DNA from: Geopsychrobacteraceae bacterium
GTDB taxonomy: Bacteria; Desulfobacterota; Desulfuromonadia; Desulfuromonadales; Geopsychrobacteraceae
Length of the DNA stretch: 64,000 nt
Assembly: GCA_963662315.1 (NCBI GenBank)
Contig: OY759353.1
Location: forward strand, 480,001 to 544,000
Direction of reading: 5' to 3'
A model generated the notes under the pieces. It worked only from the letters and a program-made list of their open reading frames with translations, was not told the DNA's origin and did no database searches. Below, piece by piece: positions 47,915 to 58,995 of this stretch (the stretch's first letter is position 1; the number at the start of each line of letters is the position of its first letter). The translations under genes and the position numbers were made by a program.

Positions 47915-47955
47915 CTTGAAAAACTGTATGTTTTTCACGAGGTTTGCCGCTGTTT

Positions 47956-48654
47956 TTAGGTTTTGCTTTCAGTTGTATGGTCAATTAATGCAATTTGGCG
48001 GTTATTAAATTGCCGCAATATGTCTTCCGGATCGAGCTGATTGATGTTAGCAAGTTTTGCCAATGAGTAAAAGGTTTCAGCGATGGATTGTGCCAATGGC
48101 CGATCGGGGCTTTCGTCCGGAGTGTGTTTGCAGAGCCTATCCAGAGCTTCATGTAGCTCGGCATAAATACTGTCTTGGGTTGAGGGGTGGTTGGCCTTGA
48201 TAATTTTTGCACTGGTTTTTAGAGCGGGGAGGGTGAGTGGGATGCGATTACGTAACAGGCTGGTTTTTCCCTGTTCTGATCTTTCTTGGCTTTTAATCTC
48301 TTCCCATCGCTGATGTTGATTTATATCCCTTTCTGAGCCGAATACATGGGGGTGGCGACGGATCATTTTGTCTGATATTGCTGTGGCTACGTCATTGAAA
48401 TTAAATAGCTCCCGTTCTGTAAAGATTTGAGATAGGAAAACGATCTGGAGAAGAAGATCTCCCATTTCGTCACGAATGTCGGTTGGGCTATTACTATCAA
48501 TAGCATCCAGGAGTTCGTAAGCCTCTTCCAGGATGAATAATTTCAGGGTTTTTGGGCTTTGCTGACGATCCCATTTGCAGCCATCCTGGGCTCGTAACCT
48601 GGCCATAATGTTTAGGAGTCGGTCAATGCCTTTTGTTTTCTTGATCATTTCCAT
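47956..48654 (-). CDS. mazG: MazG family nucleotide pyrophosphohydrolase (second domain degenerate)
   Basis: IMARLR..GCKWD, EEAYE, DEMGDLLLQ, KMIRRHPHVF and WEEIK motifs. Confidence 0.9.
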   Translation of the reverse strand: MEMIKKTKGIDRLLNIMARLRAQDGCKWDRQQSPKTLKLFILEEAYELLDAIDSNSPTDIRDEMGDLLLQIVFLSQIFTERELFNFNDVATAISDKMIRRHPHVFGSERDINQHQRWEEIKSQERSEQGKTSLLRNRIPLTLPALKTSAKIIKANHPSTQDSIYAELHEALDRLCKHTPDESPDRPLAQSIAETFYSLAKLANINQLDPEDILRQFNNRQIALIDHTTESKT

Positions 48655-48840
48655 GGGGGTTGAGCTCTCTTTTGCATCAAGTTGGGGGTGATAGGGATGG
48701 TCTTTGTTGCTGACCTGGCCTTTAGATAGAAAATACCAGTTAAGGGGTAACCCTGACCACATTTAAAAAAAATCTTGCAAATCCTAATCGAATGGGCTAG
48801 AAAGTGCGCCATTCTAAACAGTTGCAGGTGCCCTTTTCTC

Positions 48841-48868
48841 TTGACATGTTTTGATGGCTCCTTATACT
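48841..48868 (+). promoter_or_regulatory. Candidate sigma70 promoter for yceD-rpmF
   Basis: TTGACA-16 bp-TATACT, 28 bp before the GTG start. Confidence 0.65.
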
Positions 48869-48896
48869 GTTTCATTCGCCCTGAAGGGGATCGTTT

Positions 48897-49439
48897 GTGC
48901 GTATTGAGTTGAAAGACATTAAGGGGGGACTGCTGGTGCAGGATTATGACTGCGCTGTAGCGGATTTTCCTGAACTGCAGACTTTGCTGGAAGAGAGTGG
49001 TGCGGCTTTTAGTGGTCCAATACACTTTCATCTACGCCTGCAGCGTGTCGGCCAACTCGTTGAGGTCGATGGTCTTCTTAACGCAGGCGTGTCCCTGTTT
49101 TGTGGTCGTTGCCTGCAGCCCTTCAGTGAGGCGATAGCGGATCGGTTCAGCCTGACCTTTACGCCTAGGAAACCGGACCAGGAGTCTGTAGAAGAGCTTG
49201 AGCTCGCTTCCGATGAATTGGGGCTAATTCATTACCAGGATGAAGTTATAGATCTTCTCGATCCGTTGCAGGAGCAGTTGATTATGGCTTTGCCAATCAG
49301 TCCACTGTGTCGTGAAGATTGCGGGGGATTATGCCCTGAGTGTGGTCAGAATCTGAACTTGGGGCGCTGCAAGTGTGAGAAAAAAGTATTTAATAATAAA
49401 TTTTCTGCGCTTGCCGGTTTTAAGTTAGATAAGCACTAA
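48897..49439 (+). CDS. YceD/DUF177 family protein
   Basis: CGRCL, LCREDCGGLCPECGQNLN; upstream of rpmF. Confidence 0.92.
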   Translation: MRIELKDIKGGLLVQDYDCAVADFPELQTLLEESGAAFSGPIHFHLRLQRVGQLVEVDGLLNAGVSLFCGRCLQPFSEAIADRFSLTFTPRKPDQESVEELELASDELGLIHYQDEVIDLLDPLQEQLIMALPISPLCREDCGGLCPECGQNLNLGRCKCEKKVFNNKFSALAGFKLDKH

Positions 49440-49543
49440 CGCTGCAGTATTATGTAATTTACTATGTCTAGTTATTTGTTTTTATAGGTAGACTATAACC
49501 CGTTAAGCAAGCTGGTCGCCTGCTTGGCTGCAAGGAGAATATC

Positions 49544-49726
49544 ATGGCAGTACCAAAGAAAAAGACTTCTAAATCAAAAAAGAATATGCGTCGTTCTCAT
49601 GATGCCGTTGTTGCCCCTGGAATTTCTGTATGTCCTCAATGTCAGGAGCCTAAATTGCCCCACCGAGTTTGTTCCAATTGCGGAACATATAAAGGTAAAG
49701 AAATTATCAATAGCGACGAAATCTAA
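49544..49726 (+). CDS. rpmF: 50S ribosomal protein L32
   Basis: [23 protein letters not shown]...HRVCSNCG. Confidence 0.98.
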   Translation: MAVPKKKTSKSKKNMRRSHDAVVAPGISVCPQCQEPKLPHRVCSNCGTYKGKEIINSDEI

Positions 49727-49741
49727 TTTCGGTTGTTGAAT

Positions 49742-50728
49742 ATGACCCTGAAAATAGCCGTTGATGCAATGGGCGGAGATAATTCACCTGTTGCTGAGGT
49801 TGCGGGAGCCGTTGCCGCTTGTCGCAACTTTGGATGTAGTGTCATCCTGGTTGGCGATACTGAGCGGATAACTGCAGAACTGGCCAAGCATGATACTGCT
49901 GGCCTTGACCTTGAAATTCACCATGCCAGTGAAGTTGTTGGTATGCATGATTCGGCATCAGATGCAGTGCGCAAGAAAAAGGACTCCTCAATTAGGGTCG
50001 CCTTTAATCTTGCCAAAAGTGGTGTCGCCTCCGCTGTCGTCAGTGCCGGAAATTCAGGGGCGATTATGGCGGCCGGAATGTTCGCTTTTGGACGGGTCAA
50101 AGGAATTGATCGCCCAGCTATAGGAACCTGTCTGCCGAACCTGAAAGATCAGACCATGGTTCTGGATATGGGGGCCAACGTCGATTGTAAAGCGACCCAT
50201 TTGTATCAGTTTGGATTAATGGGGAGTGTTTACGTTGAGCATCTGTTTGGCAAGTCCCGTCCCAAGGTTGGCCTGCTGTCCAATGGCGAAGAAGAAAAGA
50301 AGGGCAACGATCTGACCCGGGAAGCGCATCTGCTACTAAAAGAATCACAGCTTAATTATGTAGGCTATGTTGAGGGTGGTGATGTTTATAATGGGTCGGT
50401 GGATGTTGTTGTTTGTGATGGGTTTGTTGGTAACGTCCTGCTGAAGGTCAGCGAAGGACTTGCCGTTGCAATCAGCACCATGCTTAAGGCTGAAATTGAA
50501 GGCAGGTTCATGGCTAAAATTGGTTATCTGCTCAGCCGGCCTGCTTTTGCCGCTTTTAAAAAACGTATTAACCCTGTCGAGTATGGTGGAGCTCCCTTGC
50601 TTGGAATAGCTGGTACGGGGATCGTCTGCCACGGTAGCTCTGATCCGATAGCGATCAGTATTGCTATCAGGCAAGCTGGCGAATTTGCTAAAATTCGCCT
50701 CGAAGAGCGCCTGGCTGCGTTATTATAA
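49742..50728 (+). CDS. plsX: Phosphate acyltransferase PlsX
   Basis: [28 protein letters not shown] and YGGAPLLG motifs. Confidence 0.97.
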   Translation: MTLKIAVDAMGGDNSPVAEVAGAVAACRNFGCSVILVGDTERITAELAKHDTAGLDLEIHHASEVVGMHDSASDAVRKKKDSSIRVAFNLAKSGVASAVVSAGNSGAIMAAGMFAFGRVKGIDRPAIGTCLPNLKDQTMVLDMGANVDCKATHLYQFGLMGSVYVEHLFGKSRPKVGLLSNGEEEKKGNDLTREAHLLLKESQLNYVGYVEGGDVYNGSVDVVVCDGFVGNVLLKVSEGLAVAISTMLKAEIEGRFMAKIGYLLSRPAFAAFKKRINPVEYGGAPLLGIAGTGIVCHGSSDPIAISIAIRQAGEFAKIRLEERLAALL

Positions 50729-50749
50729 TTTCTTTTGGGAGCTCTAGCT

Positions 50750-51727
50750 ATGAAAGCACGTATTATCGGAACTGGGTCCTATCTTCCTGAAAAGGTCCTG
50801 ACCAATTTTGATTTAGAGAAAATTGTCGATACCACTAACGATTGGATTGTTGCTCGTACTGGTATTGAAGAGCGACATATTGCTGCTGAAGGGCAGTCTA
50901 CCTCGGATATGGCCACTGAAGCAGCGCGTAAAGCGATGGCTATGGCCGGTGTCAGTCCGGATCAGATTGACTTGATTGTGGTCGGTACCATTACTGGTGA
51001 TTATCCCTGGCCTGCAACCGCTTGTATCGTTCAGGCTAACCTTGGTGCAAGCAACGCTTATGCTTATGACCTGTCTGCTGCGTGCAGCGGTTTCTTATAT
51101 GCACTTTCTGCTGCTGCCGATTACATTAACGCTCGTCCAGGTTCCAAGGCTATTGTCATTGGCGCTGAAACGTTAAGTCGTATTGTTGACTGGACCGACC
51201 GGAATACTTGTGTTCTGTTTGGAGATGGTGCTGGTGCTGTTGTTCTAGAATCTCAAGAAGGGGAATCCGGTATTTTGTCCAGCCACCTTCATTCTGATGG
51301 TAATTTTCTCGAACTGCTTTATCAACCTGGTTTCGGGTCGAAGCACCCTTCTTCAGTGGAAGGGATCAGTGAAAAGCTTCCTTACCTGAAAATGCAGGGG
51401 AATGAGGTTTTTAAGGTTGCGGTTCGTTCTTTAGCGGATGTCTCCAATGAAGCTCTTGATGCTAATGGTTTTACCAGTGAGCAGTTGAAGCTGTTTATTC
51501 CGCACCAGGCAAATCGACGTATTCTCGAAGCAACAGCCAAGCGACTTGACCTTACACCCGAACAAACTTTTGTCAATGTAAACAAATATGGCAACACATC
51601 TGGTGCAACTATTCCAATTGCTCTTGATGAAGCCAATCAGCAGGGAATATTCCAGGAGGGCGACCTTATATTGACTGCTGCGTTTGGTGGTGGTTTTACC
51701 TGGGCATCGTCTTTGATTCGTTGGTAA
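50750..51727 (+). CDS. fabH: 3-oxoacyl-ACP synthase III
   Basis: AACSGF, LFGDGAGA, PHQAN, YGNTS and FGGGFTW motifs. Confidence 0.98.
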   Translation: MKARIIGTGSYLPEKVLTNFDLEKIVDTTNDWIVARTGIEERHIAAEGQSTSDMATEAARKAMAMAGVSPDQIDLIVVGTITGDYPWPATACIVQANLGASNAYAYDLSAACSGFLYALSAAADYINARPGSKAIVIGAETLSRIVDWTDRNTCVLFGDGAGAVVLESQEGESGILSSHLHSDGNFLELLYQPGFGSKHPSSVEGISEKLPYLKMQGNEVFKVAVRSLADVSNEALDANGFTSEQLKLFIPHQANRRILEATAKRLDLTPEQTFVNVNKYGNTSGATIPIALDEANQQGIFQEGDLILTAAFGGGFTWASSLIRW

Positions 51728-51758
51728 CTGAAAACTTTTTATATAGGTTTTAAAGATT

Positions 51759-52679
51759 ATGATCGCATTCGTATTTCCTGGTCAGGGTGCCCAGTTTGCT
51801 GGTATGGGTAAGGAACTGGCAGATAACTTCACCGTTGCCAAAGATATCTTTGCTGAAGCGAACGAAGCCCTTGGTTATGATATTGCCGCTATGTGTTTTG
51901 ATGGACCTGAGGACGATCTCAAGTTAACCGCAAATACTCAGCCGGCTATTTTGACCACAAGTATTGCAGCTCTGCGTGTTCTTCAGCAGGAAACGGATTT
52001 AGCTCCGTCTTTTGTTGCAGGTCACTCTCTGGGTGAATATTCTGCACTGGTTGCAACTGGTGCGCTGTCACTTGCTGATGCTGTGAAAATCGTTCATCTG
52101 CGTGGTACCTTTATGCAGGAAGCCGTGCCGGTTGGAACCGGTGCCATGGCTGCTGTAATGGGTGTTGAGCGTGACGCTCTTGAAACTTTATGTACCCAGG
52201 CTTGTCAGGGGGAAGTTGTTGCTCCGGCTAACTTTAACAGCCCTGGTCAAATTGTTATCGCCGGTCACACCGGAGCGGTGGAGCGTGCTATTGAATTGGC
52301 TAAAGAAGCAGGCGCAAAGCGTGCCTTGCTGTTGCCGGTTAGTGCGCCGTTTCATTCCAGTTTGATGGAACCTGCAGCACAACGTCTTGCAGGAGTTTTG
52401 GCTGATATTAGCGTGAACCCAATGGCCGTTCCACTGATCAGCAATGTTGAAGCTGCACCATATCAGGATGCGCAAAGAGTAAAATCTCTACTGGTTGAAC
52501 AGGTTTGTGCCGCCGTTCGGTGGGACGAGTCTGTTGAGGCGATGAAAGGGCTGGGGGTTCGCCGTTATGTTGAGGTTGGCCCGGGCAAGGTTCTTTCTGG
52601 CCTGATTAAGCGCATTGATCGTAGTGCTGAACTTGATAATATTTGCGATCTTGCTAGCTTGTCAAATCTTAAGAAATAG
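51759..52679 (+). CDS. fabD: Malonyl-CoA-ACP transacylase
   Basis: FPGQGAQ, GHSLGEY, VSAPFHS and EVGPGKVL motifs. Confidence 0.98.
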   Translation: MIAFVFPGQGAQFAGMGKELADNFTVAKDIFAEANEALGYDIAAMCFDGPEDDLKLTANTQPAILTTSIAALRVLQQETDLAPSFVAGHSLGEYSALVATGALSLADAVKIVHLRGTFMQEAVPVGTGAMAAVMGVERDALETLCTQACQGEVVAPANFNSPGQIVIAGHTGAVERAIELAKEAGAKRALLLPVSAPFHSSLMEPAAQRLAGVLADISVNPMAVPLISNVEAAPYQDAQRVKSLLVEQVCAAVRWDESVEAMKGLGVRRYVEVGPGKVLSGLIKRIDRSAELDNICDLASLSNLKK

Positions 52680-52721
52680 ATTCCGTAATTACGTTTATTA
52701 TTTCATCAAGGAGAGATAAGT

Positions 52722-53459
52722 ATGGTTAAAGATAGAGTAGCATTAATTACCGGAGCTTCGCGTGGAATTGGACGTAGCATTTCTTTGGCTCTTGCAGCTC
52801 AGGGAGCTAAGATTGTGGCTGTAGATCTGGACCTTGCTGCGACTGAAGCTTTTGTTGCAGAATTGAAGGCTGCAGGAACTGAAGCAATTGCAGTGCAGGG
52901 GAATGTCACCAAGGCTGATGATGTCGAGCAGATGGTTGCCGCGGCAAAGGAGGCTTTCGAGCGTATTGATATTCTGGTTAATAATGCTGGCATCACCAAG
53001 GATGCACTGTTATTAAGAATGAAAGATGAAGACTGGGACGCTGTTCTTACCGTAAACCTTAAAGGTGCCTTCCTGTGTACCAAGGCGGTAGCGAAGCTGA
53101 TGACTAAGCAGCGTAGCGGTCGTATTATCAATATTGCATCTGTCGTTGGACAGATGGGTAATGCTGGTCAGGCAAATTATTGTGCCAGCAAAGCCGGTTT
53201 GATGGGTCTGACTAAATCTAATGCGCGTGAACTCGCCAAACGTAACGTTACTGTCAACGCTGTTGCGCCCGGTTTTATCGCAACCGATATGACTGATGCG
53301 TTGCCCGAGGAAAAACGCCAGGAACTGGCAGCTCAGATTCCATTGGAAAGACTTGGAAGTGCTGATGATATTGCAAATGCAGTACTGTTCCTTGCTTCCG
53401 ATACCTCCGGTTATATTACCGGTCAGGTGCTTGCCGTTAATGGCGGAATGTACATGTAA
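52722..53459 (+). CDS. fabG: 3-oxoacyl-ACP reductase
   Basis: TGASRGIG, NNAGITKD, GQANYCASK and VNGGM motifs. Confidence 0.98.
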   Translation: MVKDRVALITGASRGIGRSISLALAAQGAKIVAVDLDLAATEAFVAELKAAGTEAIAVQGNVTKADDVEQMVAAAKEAFERIDILVNNAGITKDALLLRMKDEDWDAVLTVNLKGAFLCTKAVAKLMTKQRSGRIINIASVVGQMGNAGQANYCASKAGLMGLTKSNARELAKRNVTVNAVAPGFIATDMTDALPEEKRQELAAQIPLERLGSADDIANAVLFLASDTSGYITGQVLAVNGGMYM

Positions 53460-53510
53460 ACAAACTGGCTTATAGAGATAGGCCAAGATAACACACGAGG
53501 AGGAAAGCGA

Positions 53511-53744
53511 ATGGCTTCTATTGATGAAAGAGTAAAACAAATTGTTGCTGAGCAACTTGGTGTTGATGAGGATCAAGTCACTGAAGACGCTTCTTTTATG
53601 GACGATCTGGGTGCCGACTCTCTGGACACCGTTGAGCTGGTTATGGCTCTTGAAGAAGAGTTTGATGTTGAAATCTCTGACGAAGATGCTGAAAAAATTC
53701 AGACCGTCAAGGATGCTATCGAATATATCAACAAGGCTTCCTGA
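53511..53744 (+). CDS. acpP: Acyl carrier protein
   Basis: [20 protein letters not shown]. Confidence 0.99.
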   Translation: MASIDERVKQIVAEQLGVDEDQVTEDASFMDDLGADSLDTVELVMALEEEFDVEISDEDAEKIQTVKDAIEYINKAS

Positions 53745-53755
53745 TTACGGATTTG

Positions 53756-53786
53756 ACGGAACCGGAATCTTCCGGTTCCGTTTTTT
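53756..53786 (+). terminator. Rho-independent terminator after acpP
   Basis: 11-bp stem ACGGAACCGGA/TCCGGTTCCGT plus T run. Confidence 0.85.
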
Positions 53787-53854
53787 ACAGCGTTGTCAGT
53801 TAATTGAAACATGTTAAGTCAGTGTTTGTATAAATTATTAGGATGAGAAAACTT

Positions 53855-55087
53855 ATGCGTAGAGTTGTGGTCACCGGAGTTGGTGTCGTTTCCGCGTTGG
53901 GAACCGGTGTAGAAAAGAACTGGGCTGCTATTACCAGTGGCCAGTCGGGGATTGACAAGATCACACGTTTTGATGCTTCTGACCTGGCAACCCAGATTGC
54001 CGGAGAAGTTAAGGACTTTGTCGCAGAAGACTTTATAGATAAAAAAGAGGTCAAGAAAATGGATCTCTTTATTCAATATGGTCTGGCTGCTGCCGAAATG
54101 GCTTTTAAAGATTCGGGTCTTGAAATTACTGATGAAAACGCAGAACGTGTCGGTGTCTTGGTGGGTAGCGGTCTTGGTGGACTGCCAGCCATTGAAGAAT
54201 ATCATCAGGTGCTGCTTGAGCGTGGCTATAAGCGTATCTCTCCGTTCTTTATTCCGATGCTGATTATTAACCTCGCTCCTGGCCAGATCTCTATGAAATA
54301 TGGAGCAAAAGGACCCAATCTTTCATCGGTATCCGCTTGCGCAACAGGAACCCATTCCATTGGTGATGCGTATCATATGATTGCCCGTGGAGATGCGGAT
54401 GCCATGTTTGCAGGTGGAACTGAATCGACAATTACCCCTCTAGGCATTGGTGGTTTTAATGTTATGAAGGCATTGTCTACCCGTAATGATGATCCCCTGA
54501 CTGCCAGCCGTCCTTTTGATAAAGGGCGTGACGGTTTTGTTATGGCTGAAGGGGCCGGAATTGTCATGCTTGAAGAATATGAGAGTGCCAAAAAGCGCGG
54601 AGCAAAAATTTACTGTGAAGTTGCCGGTTATGGCCTGACAAGTGATGCATATCATTTGACGACTCCTGCTCCTGGTGGTGAAGGCGCTGCGCGTTGTATC
54701 GCCATGGCTTTGAAAAATTCCGGTATTAATCCGGATCAGGTTGATTATATTAATGCTCACGGTACATCAACCTACTATAATGATCTTTATGAAACCATGG
54801 CGATCAAAACCGTCCTTGGTGAGCACGCCAAAAAGGTTATGATCAGTTCGACCAAAAGTATGACCGGTCATGGACTTGGTGCTGCTGGTGGAATGGAGGC
54901 GGTTTTCTGCGCCTTGACCATGAAAAACGGAGTTATTCCACCAACCATCAATTATCATGAAGCTGATCCAGAATGTGACCTGGATTATGTTCCGAACCAG
55001 GCTCGCGAGGCACAGGTTAAAGTTGCGCTGTCAAACTCATTTGGTTTTGGCGGTACTAATGCTACTCTGGCCTTTAAATCTATCTGA
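53855..55087 (+). CDS. fabF: 3-oxoacyl-ACP synthase II
   Basis: [29 protein letters not shown] and [10 protein letters not shown] motifs. Confidence 0.98.
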   Translation: MRRVVVTGVGVVSALGTGVEKNWAAITSGQSGIDKITRFDASDLATQIAGEVKDFVAEDFIDKKEVKKMDLFIQYGLAAAEMAFKDSGLEITDENAERVGVLVGSGLGGLPAIEEYHQVLLERGYKRISPFFIPMLIINLAPGQISMKYGAKGPNLSSVSACATGTHSIGDAYHMIARGDADAMFAGGTESTITPLGIGGFNVMKALSTRNDDPLTASRPFDKGRDGFVMAEGAGIVMLEEYESAKKRGAKIYCEVAGYGLTSDAYHLTTPAPGGEGAARCIAMALKNSGINPDQVDYINAHGTSTYYNDLYETMAIKTVLGEHAKKVMISSTKSMTGHGLGAAGGMEAVFCALTMKNGVIPPTINYHEADPECDLDYVPNQAREAQVKVALSNSFGFGGTNATLAFKSI

Positions 55088-55095
55088 GGTAGGTG

Positions 55096-55530
55096 ATGAT
55101 TGTTATTGCCAGTGACCATGGTGGTCTTGAATTAAAACAGGCGGTCTGCGAACTATTGACCCACAAAGGGGTCCAATTCGAAGATCTCGGTACTAATGAT
55201 AGTGCTTCTGTTGATTACCCGGATTTCGCTGCTAAGGTCGCCAACGCGATCATTTGTGGTGACGCAGAAGAAGGGATCCTCATTTGTGGTACGGGCATTG
55301 GTATGTCGATTGCTGCCAACAAGTTTCCCGGTATCCGTGCAGCGCTGGTGCATGATGAATTCACCGCCCAGATGTCTCGTGCCCATAATAATGCGAATAT
55401 CCTGGTCATGGGTGGTCGTATTCTTTCAAAGGATGTCGGGATAAAACTGGTTGAAATCTGGCTCGATTCAGATTACGAAGGTGGACGGCATCAGAATCGT
55501 CTTGATAAAATAGCCGCTTTGGAACGCTAG
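55096..55530 (+). CDS. rpiB: Ribose-5-phosphate isomerase B
   Basis: SDHGG, DYPD, CGTGIG, HNNAN and GGRH motifs. Confidence 0.97.
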   Translation: MIVIASDHGGLELKQAVCELLTHKGVQFEDLGTNDSASVDYPDFAAKVANAIICGDAEEGILICGTGIGMSIAANKFPGIRAALVHDEFTAQMSRAHNNANILVMGGRILSKDVGIKLVEIWLDSDYEGGRHQNRLDKIAALER

Positions 55531-55552
55531 GCACTTATAGAGGGACAACAAG

Positions 55553-55585
55553 ACGGGGCAGGTATATTGCCCCGTTTTTCTTTTT
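55553..55585 (+). terminator. Rho-independent terminator after rpiB
   Basis: ACGGGGCA/TGCCCCGT stem plus T-rich tail. Confidence 0.75.
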
Positions 55586-55639
55586 GCGTAACTGAACCGG
55601 TGTGGTTCAGAGGTCAGGTAAATGGAGGAAATTGATACT

Positions 55640-56887
55640 ATGCAGAACTTGCAAAATTTTGATTCGGAAATCGCTGCTATTGTCGATGAGGAGACTCGTC
55701 GTCAGGAATATAATCTTGAATTTATCGCTTCGGAGAACTTTGTTAGTGAAGCAGTTCTTGAAGCACAGGGCTCTGTCCTGACAAATAAATACGCAGAAGG
55801 ATATCCTGGTAAGCGCTACTATGGCGGTTGTCAGGTTGTGGATAAGGCTGAGCAGTTGGCCATTGACCGTGCTAAAGAATTGTTTGGCGCCGAACATGTT
55901 AATGTGCAGCCTCATTCCGGTTCTCAAGCCAATATGGCAGTTTATATGGCCGTCTGCGAACCTGGGGATACCGTTCTTGGTATGAACCTTGCTCATGGCG
56001 GTCACTTGACTCATGGTTCCCCTGTTAACTTTTCCGGGAAACTTTATAATGTCATTCCTTACGGATTGAATCCTGAAACTGGAACCATCGATTATGGGGA
56101 AGTTGAGCGTCTGGCCAAAGAACATAAGCCTAAACTTATTGTTGTCGGTGCCAGTGCTTATCCTCGCGCCATCGATTTTAAAGCGTTTCGGCGTATCGCT
56201 GATGAAGTTGGCGCCGTAGTTATGGTCGATATGGCTCATATTGCTGGTCTTGTTGCTGCGGGAGTGCATGAGAACCCAGTCCCTTATGCTGAATTCGTTA
56301 CTACGACCACCCATAAAACGCTACGTGGTCCGCGTGGTGGTATGATCATGTGTACCGAAGAATGGTCCAAAAAGTTAAACAGTAATATTTTCCCCGGCAT
56401 TCAGGGTGGACCGTTGATGCATGTCATTGCAGCCAAGGCCGTTGCGTTTAAAGAAGCTCTTTCGGCTGATTTTAAAGCATATGCTGAGCAGGTGGTTAAA
56501 AATGCTCAAGTACTGGCCGGTGCGTTAATTGAGCGTGGCTACAAACTGGTCAGCGGCGGTACTGATAATCACCTGATGCTGGTTGACTTTACTGGCACTG
56601 ATATTACCGGGAAAATGGCTGAGAATGCTCTGGAAGAAGCGGGAATTACTGTGAACAAAAATGCGGTGCCATTTGATACCAGATCACCGTTCGTGACCAG
56701 TGGCATCCGTATCGGTACCCCGGCAACGACTACCCGTGGTTTGAAAGAAGCGGAAATGATTAAGGTAGCCGAATGGATTGATCGGGCTCTTAATAATATG
56801 GATAACGCCGCTGAGCTTGAGAAAATCAAGGCGGAAGTTAAGGCCTTGTGCCAGCAATTTCCTCTCTATGCACATCGCATAAAGTAA
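55640..56887 (+). CDS. glyA: Serine hydroxymethyltransferase
   Basis: [33 protein letters not shown]; alternative start 55622. Confidence 0.99.
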   Translation: MQNLQNFDSEIAAIVDEETRRQEYNLEFIASENFVSEAVLEAQGSVLTNKYAEGYPGKRYYGGCQVVDKAEQLAIDRAKELFGAEHVNVQPHSGSQANMAVYMAVCEPGDTVLGMNLAHGGHLTHGSPVNFSGKLYNVIPYGLNPETGTIDYGEVERLAKEHKPKLIVVGASAYPRAIDFKAFRRIADEVGAVVMVDMAHIAGLVAAGVHENPVPYAEFVTTTTHKTLRGPRGGMIMCTEEWSKKLNSNIFPGIQGGPLMHVIAAKAVAFKEALSADFKAYAEQVVKNAQVLAGALIERGYKLVSGGTDNHLMLVDFTGTDITGKMAENALEEAGITVNKNAVPFDTRSPFVTSGIRIGTPATTTRGLKEAEMIKVAEWIDRALNNMDNAAELEKIKAEVKALCQQFPLYAHRIK

Positions 56888-56896
56888 GGATGGCCT

Positions 56897-57355
56897 ATGA
56901 AACGCCCCGACTGGAATGAATACTTTATGGAAATTACGCAGCTGGTCGCCACGCGTTCTACCTGCACCAGGCGCCAGGTCGGGGCGGTTGTCGTTAAGGA
57001 TAAGCATATTCTTGCTAGTGGTTACAATGGTGTGCCCAGTGGCATCACCCACTGTGATGTCACTGGCTGCTTGCGTGATCAGCTGAAAGTACCGTCCGGA
57101 GAGCGACATGAATTGTGTCGCGGGTTGCATGCTGAGCAGAATGCGATTATCCAGGCGGCCAGACACGGGGTTAATATCGCAGGTGCAACCGTTTACTGTA
57201 CGGATTCTCCCTGTATCATCTGCAGCAAGATGTTGATCAATGCGGGCATTGTTGAAGTTGTCTATGGACGCGGTTATCCCGATAAGCTCTCTCTCGAAAT
57301 GCTTGGTGAGTCGGGTATAAAGTATCATCATTACGTAAAAAGCGAGGACCTATGA
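56897..57355 (+). CDS. dCMP deaminase (ComEB-like)
   Basis: [21 protein letters not shown] and PCIIC motifs. Confidence 0.92.
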   Translation: MKRPDWNEYFMEITQLVATRSTCTRRQVGAVVVKDKHILASGYNGVPSGITHCDVTGCLRDQLKVPSGERHELCRGLHAEQNAIIQAARHGVNIAGATVYCTDSPCIICSKMLINAGIVEVVYGRGYPDKLSLEMLGESGIKYHHYVKSEDL

Positions 57356-57810
57356 ATTGCCCATTCTGTGGTTTCAATGATACACGGGTTGTTGATTCCC
57401 GTCTGGGGAAAGAAGGGAACAACGTGCGCCGCAGACGTGAGTGCCCTTCCTGCGAAAGGCGCTTTACAACCTATGAACGCGTAGAAGAAATTCTGCCTTG
57501 GGTTATTAAGAAGGATGGGCGCCGCGAAAGCTTTGATCGCTCGAAAATTATCGCTGGTATGCAGAGGGCTTGTGAAAAAAGACCTGTTTCTGTCGAAGAT
57601 ATCGAGGCGATGGTTGATAAACTCGAGCGTAAGTTTCAGGAATGTGGTGACAAGGAAATTTCTTCCAGTCTGATTGGCAAGGCTGTCATGGAAGTACTTC
57701 ATGATGCAGACGAAGTCGCCTATGTTCGATTTGCTTCTGTTTATCGGCAATTCAAGGACATTAATGAATTTATGGCTGAGTTGACGGATCTTCTGAAAAA
57801 TCCGAAATGA
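57352..57810 (+). CDS. nrdR: Transcriptional repressor NrdR
   Basis: [22 protein letters not shown] cone, [10 protein letters not shown]. Confidence 0.98.
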   Translation: MNCPFCGFNDTRVVDSRLGKEGNNVRRRRECPSCERRFTTYERVEEILPWVIKKDGRRESFDRSKIIAGMQRACEKRPVSVEDIEAMVDKLERKFQECGDKEISSSLIGKAVMEVLHDADEVAYVRFASVYRQFKDINEFMAELTDLLKNPK

Positions 57811-57831
57811 GCTATTGTTCAAGTGCTTTCA

Positions 57832-57866
57832 GGCCGGGACAGCTTCGCGTTGTTCCGGTTTTGTTG
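57832..57866 (+). terminator. Possible terminator/hairpin between nrdR and ribD
   Basis: GCCGGGACAGC...GTTGTTCCGGT stem with G-U pairs, then TTTGTT. Confidence 0.45.
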
Positions 57867-57882
57867 TAAATGAGGGTTAGTT

Positions 57883-58995
57883 ATGGATATAAAATTAACC
57901 TATATGAATCTTGCTCTGGATCAGGCCCGGTTAGGGCTTGGCCGCACCAGCCCAAATCCTGCCGTGGGTGCTGTCATTGTCAATCAGGGAGAAGTCGTCG
58001 GAAAAGGTTTTCATCCGCAGGCCGGACAGCCTCACGCTGAAATATTTGCCTTGCGCGAGGCGGGAAGTAGGGCTGCGGGTAGTGATGTCTATGTCACGCT
58101 TGAACCATGCTCGCATTTTGGTAAAACTCCACCTTGTGCAGATGCTCTTATTAACGCTGGTGTGAAGAGGGTTTTTATCGGTACTGTTGACCCTAATCCC
58201 CAGGTCGCAGGACGTGGTATCTCCAAACTTAAAGATGCAGGAATTCTGGTTGAGACGGACATTCTGGGGCAGGAGTGCCGACGTCTGATCGCGCCGTTTG
58301 CTAAACACATTCTTACCGGGCTGCCGTTTACTATATACAAGTCGGCACAAACACTTGATGGTGCAACGGCAACTTGTAGTGGGGATTCGCGCTGGGTGTC
58401 TTCTGATCAGAGCCGCCAGCTCGTCCATCAGTTGCGTGATCGGGTTGAAGCGATTATGGTGGGTATTAACACTGTAATAAATGACGACCCGTTACTGACA
58501 ACCCGCCTTGAAGAAGGTTCTGGTCGGGATCCATTGCGGGTTGTTATTGATGGGCAGCTGCGCATGCCTCTGACCTCTAAAATGTTGAACATGCAATCAT
58601 CGGCAGGAACCCTGATTGCAACTGCCAGTCAGGATATGGATAAAAGACAGCAGCTGGAGCAGCTTGGTGCCGAGATTTTTTATGCCCCAGATAGCGCTAA
58701 TGACAAGGTGGATTTGCACTCTGTCTGGCGGGAGCTTGGCCGGCGCAATGTTCAGAGGCTGCTCCTTGAAGGAGGTGCAACCCTGGCTACCGCCGCACTG
58801 GAAGCAGGACTGATTGATCAGCTTATGTTGTTTATCGCCCCTAAGATGATTGGTGGGCAACCGTGTCACGGAATTTTTTCTGGTCCGGGGCAGAGCAAAA
58901 TGACTGATGCCTTGACTCTGTCAGATCTGTCTTACTGCCAGGTTGGCCTCGATCTATTGATAACAGGAGATTTACATTCATGTTTACCGGATTAA
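57883..58995 (+). CDS. ribD: Riboflavin biosynthesis deaminase/reductase RibD
   Basis: PNPAVG, HAE, TLEPCSHFGKTPPC, DDPLLT and LLEGG motifs. Confidence 0.97.
   Translation: MDIKLTYMNLALDQARLGLGRTSPNPAVGAVIVNQGEVVGKGFHPQAGQPHAEIFALREAGSRAAGSDVYVTLEPCSHFGKTPPCADALINAGVKRVFIGTVDPNPQVAGRGISKLKDAGILVETDILGQECRRLIAPFAKHILTGLPFTIYKSAQTLDGATATCSGDSRWVSSDQSRQLVHQLRDRVEAIMVGINTVINDDPLLTTRLEEGSGRDPLRVVIDGQLRMPLTSKMLNMQSSAGTLIATASQDMDKRQQLEQLGAEIFYAPDSANDKVDLHSVWRELGRRNVQRLLLEGGATLATAALEAGLIDQLMLFIAPKMIGGQPCHGIFSGPGQSKMTDALTLSDLSYCQVGLDLLITGDLHSCLPD

Noticed and set aside
47790..47940. Calling the DnaA-box cluster oriC
   Set aside because: No dnaA, dnaN or gidA nearby, no perfect box, and no change in gene orientation bias; kept only as a candidate regulatory site.
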